A stretch of 64,000 bases of DNA from contig CM126207.1 in assembly GCA_052327205.1 (NCBI GenBank), positions 227,912,001-227,976,000 on the forward strand, written 5' to 3'. A program made the position numbers and the translations under genes. Origin of the DNA: Somniosus microcephalus. Lineage: Eukaryota. Shown piece after piece: positions 35,480 to 47,733 of this stretch. Below the pieces are notes generated by a model that was not told the origin of the DNA, searched no databases, and was given only the letters and a program-made list of their open reading frames with translations. Numbering within the stretch: position 1 is the first letter of the stretch; the number at the start of each line of letters is the position of its first letter.

Positions 35480-37092
35480 AAAACAGATTGAGAAATTGGA
35501 TAGGATAAAAATAGATAGTGAGGAGGTACTTAAAAGGTTGGCAGTGCTCAAAGTAAAAAGTCACCCGGTCCGGATGGGATGCATCCTAGGTTGCTGAGGA
35601 AAGTAAGGGTGGAAATTGCGGAGGCTCTGGCCTCAATCTTCCAATCCTCCTTAGATATGGGAGTGGTGCCAGAGGATTGGAGGATTGCAAATATTACAAC
35701 CCTGTTCAAAAAAGGGGAGAGGCAATTACAGGCCAGTCAGCCTAACGTCGGTGGTTTTTTAGACACATTAATCTGGGACAAAATTAATTGGCACTTGGAA
35801 AAATATGGGTTAATAAATGAAAGCCAGCACTGATTTGTTAAAGGTAAATCATGATTGGGTTAACTTGACTGAGTTCTTTGATGAAGTAATGGAGAGGGTT
35901 GATGAGGGTAGTGCGGTTAATGTTGTGTATATGGACTTTCAAAAGGCATTTGATAAAGTACCACATAATAGACTTGTTAGCAAAATTAAAACCCATGGGT
36001 TAAAGGGGCAGCGGCTGAGTGGATACGAAATTGGTTAAGGGGCAGAAAGCATATAGTAGTGGTGAACGGTTGTTTTTCAGACTGGAGGGAAGTGTGCAGT
36101 GGTGTCCCCAGGGGTCGGTGTTGGGACCACTGCTCTTTTTGATATATATTAATGACTTGGCCTTGGGTATGCAGGGCATAATTTCAAAGTTTGCAGATGA
36201 CATGAAACTCAGAAATGTAGTAAACAGCGAGGAGGATAGTAACAGAATTAAGGAGGACGTAGACAGCCTGGCGAAATTCGCAGACACACGGCAGATGAAA
36301 TTTAACGCAGAGAAGTGCAAAGTAATTCATTTGGTAGGAAGAATGAGGAGAGGCAATATAAACTAAATGGTACAATTTTAAAGGGGCTGCAGGAACAGAG
36401 ACACCTGGGGGTGTATGTACACAAGTCTTTGAAGGTGGCAGGACAAATTGAAAAGGCTGTTAAGGCATTCAGGATCCTTGGCTTTATAAATAGAGGCATA
36501 GAGTGCAAAAGCAATGAAGTTATGCTAAACCTTTATAGAATATTGGTTAGGCCCCAGCTGGAGTGTTGTGGCCAATTCTGGGCAACACACTGTAGGAAGG
36601 ATGTCAAGGCCTTAGAATGGGTACAGAGGAGATTTACTAGAATGGTACCAGGGATAAAAGACTTCAGTTATGTGGAGAGACTAGAGAAGCTGGGATTGTT
36701 CTCCTTCGAGCAGAGAAGGTTAAGGGGAGATTTGATAGAGGTGTTCAAAATCATGTATGGTCTTGATAGAGTAAATAAGGAGAAACTGTTTCCAGTGGTA
36801 GAAGGGTCGGTAACCAGAGGACACAGATTTAAAATAACTGGCAAAAGAACCAGATGCAACGTGAGGGGAAAAAATTACACAGTGAGTGGTTATGATCTGG
36901 AATGCACTGCCTGAAATGGTGGTGGAAGCAGATTTAGTAATAACTTTCAAAAGGGAATTGGATAAATACTTGAAGTGGAAAACATTACAGGGCTATGGGG
37001 AAAGAGGACTAATTGGATAGTTCTTTCAAAGAGCCAGCACAGGTACAATAGGCCAAATGGCCACCTTCTGTGCTGTATCATTCTATGCTTCT
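35480..37092 (+). mobile_element. CR1 LINE, RT domain to 3' end, frameshifted
   Basis: MHPRLL..., [50 protein letters not shown] and TRGHRFK, plus the 3' tail. Confidence 0.95.
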
Positions 37093-38180
37093 GATTGGAT
37101 TGGCACCAGTATGATATGTGAATGCCTGACTAACCACAATACTGGATACTTTCCCAGAAGCACCCCGATCACAGTGTCTTATGCTTTCATGAAAGAAGAT
37201 ATACCACATGATCAACAGCCAGCATAACCTGATTGGCTGTACCCATCAAGATGCTACCGGTCATAAGTGAAAGCCTTGCCATATCTACCTGACAATGACC
37301 ATGGTGACTTATCTTCACAGGGTCCAGGTCATCAGAGAGCCAGCTGCAGAGCTATGCTGTCCATGCACATAGAGATGGCACGTCCAATGACGATAATGGT
37401 AAGCTGCGGTCTGAAACTTGGCTCCATCTCCTTACAGGCATGTTTCAATGCTGACTAGGGAGAAAGTGCTGTTGATTAGCACAAAGGGCTTTTCTATCCC
37501 TTGCCTGCCTACTTATACCTGCACCTTGGCTTTTCTTTCCCATCACTTCTACCTGTCATTTCTTAATCCCTTTCCCCTTCAGACTTGGCAAACAGGCTTT
37601 CCCAAAAGCTTTCAGTAATTTGTTCAGCCTATTGTGACTCTCCATTTTAATTGTCCCCATCCCTTAAATTTCACTTACACACAGTTTTCTTCCTCTATAG
37701 CTAGGGTTCTCCCTTTACACATGGGGTTAGGCCAGTAAATATACCTCAGAAAATTGGGTCCAAATAGTACACTTCCATTTGAGTCTGCCCAAGATCTGAT
37801 TCTCACCATTCAAGTCTAAACCACACCCATATTATAAAAGTTAAATGGCTATCTCTTATTCACAGCTCACACTCAGTAGATTCTTTACTGATCTGTGTCT
37901 TTTTTTCTGCCAATTCGCACACATGCACACTCCAAACACTGATTGTAAAACTGGTTGTTCTTGAGCAAAGCACATGACCTGCTTTAGCGGCTAGGAGGTA
38001 CATAATGATTCCAAAAAATAATGATCTCTATTCAATGCATTCTATAATTATAGCCACTTAGCACCAGCCATGTTCTAGGCATATACCAGCCATCTACTAG
38101 GCATATACCAGCCATCTGCCACCTGTGCTTCTGAAATTATAATTTAAATCACAGTAAACTGAATTTACTTCGTTTTACAG

Positions 38181-38321
38181 GGAGACAGAACATCATACCA
38201 CATCACAAGTCAGGAAAACAATGTGGAGTTTGGGTTCGGAACGACAATGGCGGATATTTTGCTTCACCAAATTACCCGAATGCTTACCCTCCCAATAGAG
38301 AATGTATCTACATACTAGAAG
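38181..38321 (+). CDS. NETO2: NETO2 coding exon 3 (start of CUB1)
   Basis: ttacag|..|gtaatg. [46 protein letters not shown]; 141 nt. Confidence 0.96.
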
Positions 38322-38605
38322 GTAATGTAATTTCCTCATTTCCACCAAACCTTTGTCAGTACTCAACAAAGGTCTATCCATATTTATTAGTAGGGATTAC
38401 CTGCAGCATTTGCTTGAACAATGTAATTGTTAAAATGGCTAAACTGGAAGCTTGTCACAACATTGTACATCTTTAGTCCTCCTGCTTGAAATGTTCTCAG
38501 AAATGTTGAGAATGTTTCTTCCTTTGATAACTGAATACACCTAAACCTCGAGGTAAGCCTTGTCCTCTAAGAACTACATTTGTTAACATTTTGCTGTACT
38601 TGCAG

Positions 38606-38854
38606 CGGCCCCACGCCAGCGAATTGAACTCACTTTTGACGAACCTTATAGCATTGAACCCTCCTGGGATTGTCGATTTGACCACTTGGAAGTCAGAGAT
38701 GGACCATTTGGATTCTCCCACGTAATAAACCGTTACTGTGGTCAAAAAAGTCCATCGCTTATTAAATCATCTGGAAGGTTCTTATGGATAAAATTCACTT
38801 CAGATGAGGAATTAGAAGGTTTTGGATTTCAAGCAAAATACTCTTTTGTACCAG
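38606..38854 (+). CDS. NETO2: NETO2 coding exon 4 (CUB1)
   Basis: ttgcag|..|gtaact. [37 protein letters not shown]...[21 protein letters not shown]; 249 nt. Confidence 0.97.
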
Positions 38855-39224
38855 GTAACTCATTTATCATTTTTTGGAGGAACCTAAAGATTTTCAATGG
38901 GCAGGACTATCAACTTTGGCGAGGGCGTAAAACAGGAGGTAGCAAATTGGCCACTCATTATTCACCCCGCCTGATTTTCCGTTCCATGAAAGGTATATCA
39001 GATGGAGTGTATAATGGTTGGCCGGTCCATTTTAAGTTAAATGTTCTGTCCAGTATGTCCAGTGTTTGATTTAAGTGAATTAAAGTTGTTAAAATCTTTA
39101 GCCGTGACACAGTATTAAAAAATGTGTTGTCGGGATTTAAGGGACGCATTTATTGCTCACCTATAGTTGCTTCGACAAAGGTAGCAGAGAGCCTTCTCCT
39201 TGAATTGCTTATTCGAACAATGAC

Positions 39225-39800
39225 AGACAGAAAAACACCCTCTGGCCCACCCAGCCTGCCCCACACAATGGCGATACCTTGTGTATCACAATATAGACAC
39301 TCTCCACCCCACCTGAAACTGTGTGATCTCCTGGGAGAGGCAAAAAACAGATTTAAAAACCCAGACCAATTTAGGGGGGGAAAATCTGGGAAATTTCTCT
39401 CTGACCCATCTAGGCAATAAAAACTAGTCCAGGAGATCACTCTAGCCCTGAATTCCCTGAAGTACCTATCTTTTGCAAGAGATGATGTCCGCCCTGACCA
39501 GAAACCGGTCGAGCTCTTGCTTGAAGGAATTTAGTGAATTGGCATCCACCGCATGAGATGGCAGCCTGTTCCAGAGGTCCACTGTTCTCTGGGAAAAGAA
39601 CCACCTCCTGACATCTAACCTAGACCTGGCCTTACACAACTTAAAATTGTGACCCCTGGTCCTCCCTAACCTATTTAATTGGAACAAACTGTCAACTGGA
39701 ACACAAATCTATTCCCTTCATCATCTTATGAACCTCAACCAGATCACCCCTAAGTCTCTGCTTCTCTAAAGTGTAGAGTCCCAACTCTTTTAGCCTATGT
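39225..39800 (-). mobile_element. CR1 3' fragment (different subfamily)
   Basis: RLKELGLYTLEKQRLRGDLVEV, GRTRGHNFKL...RLDVRRWFFSQRTVDLWNRLP. Confidence 0.88.
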
Positions 39801-40460
39801 TGTGGTAATGGTGCTCCCACAATGGTGTTAGTTAGGGAATTCCAGTATATTGACTCAGCAACAGTGAAGGAACGGTGATATATGTTCAAATCAGGATGCT
39901 ATGTGACTTGGAGGGGAACTAGGAGATGATGTTCCCATGACATTGGTACTGTAGTTCTCGGTAATAGAGGTCAATGGGGAAGAAGGTGCTGTTGAAGTAA
40001 CTTTCATGAGTTGGTGCAGTATGTCCTGTAGGTAGGACATACGGCAACCGTAGTGTGGACAGGTGGATATTGAGTACAGAGTATTGGCGCCAATCAAGTG
40101 AATTGCTCTGGCCTGGATGGTGTCAAGCTTCTTGCGTGTTGTTGCAGCCGCACCTATCCAAGCAAATGGTAAGTATTGCATCACATTGCTGACTTGAGCC
40201 TTGTAGATGGAGGAGAGTCTTTGAGGGATCATGAGGTGAGCCACTTGTCAAAGTCTACCCAGCCTCTACCCTGCTATTATAGATACAGAGTTGATATGGT
40301 AAGTCCAGTTAATCTTCTGGTTAAAGGTGACCCCCAAGATGTTGATGTTAGAGGACTCAGTGGTGATGGGGCTGTTGAAGCTGACTTTCTGTTGGAGATG
40401 ACCATTACCTGGCACTTATGTGGCATAAATGTTACATGCCACTTGTCAGACCAACCTGGA
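39800..40460 (-). mobile_element. Non-LTR retrotransposon RT C-terminal fragment (second CR1-clade family)
   Basis: WSDKWHVTFMPHKCQVM and LSSIYKAQV..VMQY.PFAW..AA.T..KKLDTIQARAIHLIG; homologous to 51728-52166. Confidence 0.8.
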
Positions 40461-40671
40461 TGTCGTCCAAATACTCCTGTAGGCTGTTTCCCTGAGAAAC
40501 TCCCGCAACAATGTCCTGGAGGTGTGATGATTGGCCTCCAATAACCATGACCATTTTCCTTTGTGTCAGATTCCTCCAAAATAAAGACAAGCATTTTAGA
40601 CATATTTATCAAATATTACTTGATTTAGCATGTCATTTAAATTGACAATCAAACTTTTCCTACTTTTACAG

Positions 40672-40716
40672 ATCCTGATTTTATCTACCTTGGTGGAATC
40701 TTGAACCCCATTCCAG
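40672..40716 (+). CDS. NETO2: NETO2 coding exon 5 (inter-CUB linker)
   Basis: ttacag|..|gtatta. (D)PDFIYLGGILNPIP; 45 nt. Confidence 0.96.
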
Positions 40717-40825
40717 GTATTATTACCATTACATGTTCCAGGTGATTTTTTAACACTAGTTTTTAAAAAATAAAATGTTCATATTTTCTCTTTTTCCAGT
40801 AAATATTAATATTTTGTTTCTCTAG

Positions 40826-40953
40826 ATTGCCAGTTTGAACTATCAGGGCCTGATGGGATTATTCACTCTAGTCAAGTGGAACAAGAGGAGAAAATAAAAC
40901 CTGGAGAAGCAATCGACTGCATTTGGATAATAAGAGCTCCGCCAAAAGCTAAA
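40826..40953 (+). CDS. NETO2: NETO2 coding exon 6 (CUB2)
   Basis: ctctag|..|gtatgt. (D)CQFELSGPDGIIHSSQVEQEEKIKPGEAIDCIWIIRAPPKAK; 128 nt. Confidence 0.96.
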
Positions 40954-41883
40954 GTATGTGTGTACTTTACAGAAGACAATGCACAGAGAGAAACTTTAAT
41001 TGAGGTTCCTACCCAGAGCTTGTATGATAGAACATTTGTAGTGTCATGTTCAAGCCAAAACACTTTGCAGTTTCAGAGCAGTGCAGTTTAGAAATAGAGA
41101 ACATGGGCACCAAACATTGTTCAGGCTTCCCAGAAGTCATTTATTGGTCCTCATACTATTTTGAGACACGGATTGCTCTGAAATTGTTGCTAATTTCTCC
41201 ACACTAGTTTGTGCCCCACAATAAATTCAAATCTTAAAGGATTCAAAATCACTAGCAAGGAAACTTTTAATTTACTCTCATTGATCTTTCTTGGCAATAA
41301 TTTCAAACTGTGCTCACAATATATGCAACAAAAAGAATCTTCAATAAACCAGTACTTTTGTTAAAAATAGAAAAAGACAAAAGTAAAAGAATAATGACAA
41401 TTCTCTGTGGCAGGTAGATTTTTAATAGGAATATACTAATGGCAAAATGACATGTTTAAGGAAACGACTGTTACAATTTAACTTGCTATTTGATAGATAA
41501 TTTAAACCCCCCTCCAAAAAACCATTAAGGGCGATTTTCTTTTTTTGTCTTGTTGTGTGGCGTCACTGCAGCATTCTAGTGATGTATGTGTGTGTGCTGC
41601 TTGGCACCATCAGAATTAATTTGAATTAAACGCAGTCTTTTATTACTTTGCGCGTGTTTTTTTATTAAAATACAATATCAAAAGTATTAGCGCACTTTCC
41701 AGTCAAACGTACATATTTAGTGAAACCGTGCAAGTAAATTATTTAATTTCACAGATGCAAATATAGCTATACATTTTACAATGTTGATCCTAAAGAAGTT
41801 TCACCAACTGTGATGTAGTAGGCTGTCTAATGTTAGAATAAACCCACTGTCTTAGCTTTATGAATGCTAATAACAGTAACATT

Positions 41884-42622
41884 GGCCTGGATTTTCTAGT
41901 GCCTACAGGTACATACGAGGTTTGTATGCGTCCGTAAGGGCCCCGCAAGTTCCGGGTTTTCGTGCATGCACGAAAACCCAGACCTTGCAGTCCGTCAAGA
42001 ATCTTCTTGACAGATTGTAGTCATCCCTGGTAAATGGACATCCGTGGGCGGAGAGTTGGGCTATTTACCCAACTACTGCCCAACGAATGCCCGTGAAATT
42101 CTTACGCCTGGTAAAAGCAGGTGTAAGGCCTGCTTTTACCAGTGTAAGAGTTTAAATGAATATAAAAATATTTTTTTTCAATTATTTAAACATTAAAACA
42201 CATGTAAAATAAGTTACGGTTATTTTTAGTCCCTTTAAAACATTTAAATTTATTTTTCAAAAATTTACATTTTTTTTAATGTTTAATTAAATTGTATTTT
42301 AATTAATTTTAAATGTTTTTTATTTACTTGGTATGTAAATGTGTTTTTTTTATGTGATTCCCCATTCATGCTTATGGGGATTACATACGTACAGAATCCC
42401 CATAAGCATGAATGGGGATCCCCCTTCTTTCATTGGTTGGGCCGGCCCACGTGATCCCAGGGACGCTTGCAAACTGCCTGCACCCCTGGGATACACATGT
42501 CTACGCATAGAGGCCCAGGAGCGCGAGTCTCCGTGGATCCTGAGGCAGAAGGTAGGCGCGGACTTTATTTGCACATCAGAGGCATTTCCCTGCGGGAAGC
42601 CTCCGACCGCAAATTCAGTCCC
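41884..42622. mobile_element. Harbinger-type MITE with internal palindromes
   Basis: TIR-like ggcctggattttc / gcaaattcagtccc, hairpins at ~42101-42148 and ~42356-42420, AT-rich core. TSD not matching. Confidence 0.75.
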
Positions 42623-43461
42623 AACATATTACAGCCTAAAATCTGTTGCAGAAAAATGATATTAAGTTTGGTGAGATATAAATAGCATTAAGAATAATGA
42701 TTTTAGAGAGAAAGGTTTCCACCTGAGTTATTTCCATTAGCTACCAAACACCTGTGATATCTATGTGCAATGGGCATAAATATGTCAATATTTCTTTCTC
42801 TTCCAAAAGTAATTTGTTTTCAGTGAATTCTGATTTATATGAATTGTCGCTGAAGGCAGTGAAATTGAAATTTGCAAGTAAACTGTGACTTGACATTTAA
42901 CCACTTTCTACATAAGTGATTAAAAATGTTCAATTTATTTTATTTTCATATCTTGTTTGCCAAATAACCTTTCAAAATGTTCTTCAAATATGTCCTGCAG
43001 TAGAATACAATCCATAACAATAGCATTTACATTTTGAACAAATAGATGCATATCTTGTACATTATGGTAGTTTTAACGAGCAATTTCAATTGCCATTGAC
43101 CTTGAAAGATGTGCTTTATTTTAAAGTATCATAAACAACTTATGCCATGCATGCGAGGAATATATGATAGATAAAATTCAATTTGATGTCCAGTGCCACT
43201 GTGATCCCAAGAGTGCGAGCTATTTCATTTAACCTTAGTATTGAACAATTAACATTACCAACAAGTCAACGCAGATTAGTGGAATTATTCTAATGCAGAT
43301 TAACATCAGGTAAGACTCAGAGAGAGTGGCACTTTAAGTAACATTCCCCAATTAATACTAAAAAAGTAATTAAGATACTACATTGCTGTACTTTGTAATC
43401 TACAGAAATGGAACAGAAGATAGATGTGTTTTCAACACTGTTCATTGTGATTCATTTTCTT

Positions 43462-44313
43462 CATTCCAATTAGATATTGGGAAGACCAAAGCCATTGTTT
43501 TCAGTCCCTGCCACAAACTCCGTTCCCTAGCCACTGACTCCATCCCTCTCCCTAACATCTGTCTGAGGCTGAACCACACTGTTCGCAACCTTGGTGTCAT
43601 ATTTGACCCTGAAATGAGCTTCCGACCACATATCCACAGCATAACTAAGACCGCCTACTTCCACCTCCGTAACATCGCCCATCTCCGCCCTTGCCTCAGC
43701 TCATCCGCTGCTGAAACCCTCATCCATGCCTTTGTTACCTCTAGACTTGACTATTCCAATGCACTCCTGCCTGGCCTCCCATGTTCTACCCTATGTAAAC
43801 TTGAGGTGATCCAAAGCTTGGCTGTCTGTGTCCTAACTTGCACCAAGTCCCGTTCACCCATCACCCCTGTACTCGCTGACCTACATTGGCTCCTGGTTAA
43901 GCAATGCCTCGATTTCAAAATTCTCATCCTTGTTTTCAAATCCCTCGATGGTCTCAACCCTCCCTATCTCTGTAATCTTCTCCAGCCCCACAACCCCCCA
44001 AGATATCTGTGCTCCTCTAATTCTGCCCTCTTGAGCATACCTGATTATAATCGCTCAACCATTGGTGGCCTTGGCTTCAGCTGCTGCCCTAAGCTCTTGA
44101 ATTCCCTGCCTAAACCTCTCTGTCTCTCTACCTCTCTTTCCTCCTTGAAGACGCTCCTTAAAACCTACCTCTTTGACCAAGCTTTTGGTCATCTGCCCTA
44201 ATTACTCCTTATGTGGCTCGGTGTCAAATTTTTTGTCTTATAATGCTCCTGTGAAGCACCTTGGGACGTTTTACTACATTAAAGGTGCTATATAAATACA
44301 AGTTGTTGTTGTT
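43462..44313 (+). mobile_element. L2 LINE 3' fragment, relatively young
   Basis: Open frame IGKTKAIVF..VRNLGVIFD..AYFHLRNIA..ETLIHAFVTSRLDYSN..ITPVLADLHWL..LKTYLFDQAF, followed by an L2 tail ending in (gtt)n. Confidence 0.95.
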
Positions 44314-45600
44314 CATTGGTATTGCTTCACTGGCAAATATACCTGCTGCTTACTACAACAGTTCAGCCTTGTTATAACATGGTCCTTGGGATCCAAGCCT
44401 ATTACATACAGTGTGCGTTACATGTAATGTATGAAATTTGAGAACAATATTTCAGTAATGTTGTAACAAATGTTCTATTAAAAGCTGGAAGCTGCAATAG
44501 GACAGAACACCACCCTTTCACTTTTAAGATTTGCGTGCAAACTTCCTTTGTAAAGGACCAGAAGTGAAATATTGTCATGTTCGTATGATTGCATTGTCCA
44601 CCATTTACAAATAATTGGTACATATCATTCTTAGCTCGATTATTCTATAGCTCTTTGTGAAAATATGCACAAATGAACTGACAAGGATTTACTAGCCACC
44701 CATATTGATATCCAGGCAAAGGTTGATAATAGACCTCATGCTCGCAATCTGGCTTCAATGCAGACACATACACAATACATGATAGTCATTGAACTCATCT
44801 AGCCTAATATTGGGAAACTGAATAAAATAAACTATGTTGAATTAACTTTCCTTCAACAACCTTATAAAAATGAGATGCTGTTGTTGCCACACTTGGGAAG
44901 GAGTTGTATCTAACCCATATCGGTATACTGAAGCATATTGTCCAGACAGTACTGTAGTGGCAATGTCTGTAGGGCACAAAAAGTACTCTGAAAATGCTAA
45001 CTGTAGTTATAAAGAATGATCAATGAAAGTCCACCATCTGAAGGTAGACTTATTATTGGTGTAATCAAGGTCAGGCTCTCAGTACGGGTTCTATACTGTA
45101 ATTTTGGATTAGCTTTATAAATGTTTCCGTGTGATCACTTCAAAACTTCAGCATTAGGGGCCATCTAAAGGGAATAAGAATGGTTGTTGTGGGAAATTGA
45201 GTTGGTACACTGGTACAGTAGGGATTGTTCCCCAAAGGTGGGGCAGAATAGAGGGAGCTCTTTTGCCCATCTGACATACAGTAGCTTGATTCTGAAACTG
45301 AAAAGTAGTCCATTTCCAGCCCTAATATTCTCAAGTCGATGGGCATGAACTTCACCTCCAGCCATTCAAAAATGAAAAAGAGAAAAAAATTAAAAACTAG
45401 GCCAAAATCAAAAAGAATATTAAATGTTAATGGTCAGGTAAGTAAAATCAGCCACGCTCTTTGAGATCCAATTCTGATGCTCGTTCTTGATTCTCCCTTT
45501 CTTTAAATGTAAAGGTATACAGCAATAATCTTGTATGTAAAGAATAACCAAATACGTATACAACATTGTCACTGAACCGCAAAGTATTTCTGTTTGACAG

Positions 45601-45829
45601 ATTTATTTACGCTTTCTTGACTATCAAATGGATCACTCCAATGAATGCAAGAGGAATTTTGTTGCTGTGTATGATGGGAGCAGTGCTATTGAAAACCTAA
45701 AGGCAAAATTTTGTAGCACAGTTGCCAATGACGTAATGCTACAAACTGGAATTGGAGTGGTTCGTATGTGGGCTGATGAGGGCAGCAGGCTCAGCAGATT
45801 CCGAATGCTGTTTACTTCATTTGTGGATC
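45601..45829 (+). CDS. NETO2: NETO2 coding exon 7 (CUB2)
   Basis: tgacag|..|gtaagt. [28 protein letters not shown]...[12 protein letters not shown]; 229 nt. Confidence 0.97.
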
Positions 45830-47619
45830 GTAAGTAACTGTTGCTTATAAATATTATTCTCTAATAACATTTAATTTGTTACTAGCTTAGTTTGTTGTGC
45901 AATAGATTGCTTCAGAGGATAGCGTTTAAAAAAAAAAAAAAAATGAAACACTATTGTAACACGGCAGCTGGATTTTGATACCATAATCAAAAATCCTTGC
46001 TTGGAAATTATGCTGTGCAATGTTATAAGGTGAGGATTGGGAGAAGTTTGGGATCAGTGTGGCTGCCCTTCCTCTCAGCAGCAGTGCCATGTGTCCGAGC
46101 TGACTGATTAACGGTATGTTACCTTGGAAAATTGCCAATAAAAGAGAAAAACATTTTTTTTAATTTCCAGGAACGCTATTTATTTTGGTCCTGTACACTT
46201 TGATTATACTTTCTAAAATTTGTCTTTAGAAATGTACAAGAAATGTTTGCAGACATACAGAGCAAAAAAGAAATGTTTCAAAATTGACAAATGATTATAT
46301 CAGAATTTTTTTCCTTTTTTTGAAAATATTTGAAAGAATTACTGACAATCTTTTAGATTTCCTGTCGGAAAGCAAGTCAGGACAATACTATAAAACAGAA
46401 TGCCATTCCACTTGTACACTCAATAACGCAGGAAGTACTTTAGGTAGGTTGTGATATTGCAACACTTGACTGCCATATAAATTTTAAAAGACAGTTCATT
46501 TTAACAGCAGCTGCACAACAGCACCTGTTCTGCTAAATCCATCGTTTCCAATCTTATTTTTTACTTTGTGGCCCTTTTGAAATAAAGATAGTTGAATTGG
46601 TACTGACTTCAGGAAAGTCTCTATACTGTGACTTGGCATCCACTAGGAAATGGATTACAGCTAGTAATCGTACCTAACAAGATAAAATTCCCTATTCAGT
46701 GAAAATCAATAAGAATTCTGCAAATCTTCCTAATATGTATCAGTTGATGCAAGCTTTGCTTGTGTGCTTATTACAGTAATTGATTGATATCCTCAACGCC
46801 TCCTTTTTTACTCACTTGTCTGAATTCACTCCTGGATTATGCATAGAAAAAGTGCCTGTACCAATAGTGATTTTCATTAAAAATGAAGAGCACACCTGAC
46901 CCAAAAACCCTTTAAAGTAATGTTCATATCTTGTGTTTTTTAAAACAGACTTTTAGAGACTTCAGTCACAAATTATTCATAGCAGATGTCACTTGCATGA
47001 AGATACCACTTGTATGTACATTTTTATCTCTTTCAACCCACCACCTGCACAGTAAACAGCATCTCCAGATTTTGTTCATGTAACACATCCTGTGACTTGT
47101 CCTTTAAGAGTTTAAAATTCAAGCAGTTGATTTGCATAAATCCCTGAAGAATCACCATGAAAAATTGGATCAGAATGCACAAAATGTTATATGTCACAGA
47201 AAGTGCCAAAAGTACATCTAGTTTTTTTTGTTATTTTTCTGATCTATTCCTTTATTTCAGAATGCTATTAACTATAGCACTATATCTTGTTTACACTTAG
47301 TTTCCAAAGCTAATGATTGAATGATGCTTGGATTTATTGATTGCTAACGTGCATAAATTCTAACAAGATTACATGAATTCATTAATTTTGTGTGGGAGAT
47401 TCAGTTCATGCTTTTACTGTGAATAATGGAGCTATGACCAATTTACCTAACTGACACAGCTGAACTAACAAAGACATGACCTTTTCAAAGTGCCCATTTA
47501 CTGTGTTTAGTTGCTCATGGTTGAATGGCCATACACAGTGCTACACCACATCTTGTATCAGATTTTGAAATACAATTGCTGTGCTATAATTTATGGTGAC
47601 ACTAACCTTTGTCTCACAG

Positions 47620-47733
47620 CTCCCTGCCAGGACAACACATTCTTTTGCCACAGCAACATGTGCATCAACAATTCTTTGGTCTGTAATGGAGTCCAGAACT
47701 GTGTGTACCCATGGGATGAAAATCATTGTAAAG
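47620..47733 (+). CDS. NETO2: NETO2 coding exon 8 (LDL-receptor class A)
   Basis: tcacag|..|gtaaca. (P)[37 protein letters not shown]; 114 nt. Confidence 0.97.

Noticed and set aside
43383-44201. 272-aa ORF, the longest in the track
   Set aside because: It is the C-terminal part of L2 ORF2 in a 5'-truncated copy, with no ATG start and a LINE tail; not a host gene.
46040-46150. Short segment ending in AATAAA plus an A-rich tail, a possible retrocopy or snoRNA
   Set aside because: No recognisable coding homology, TSD or complete C/D or H/ACA box structure could be established by eye.
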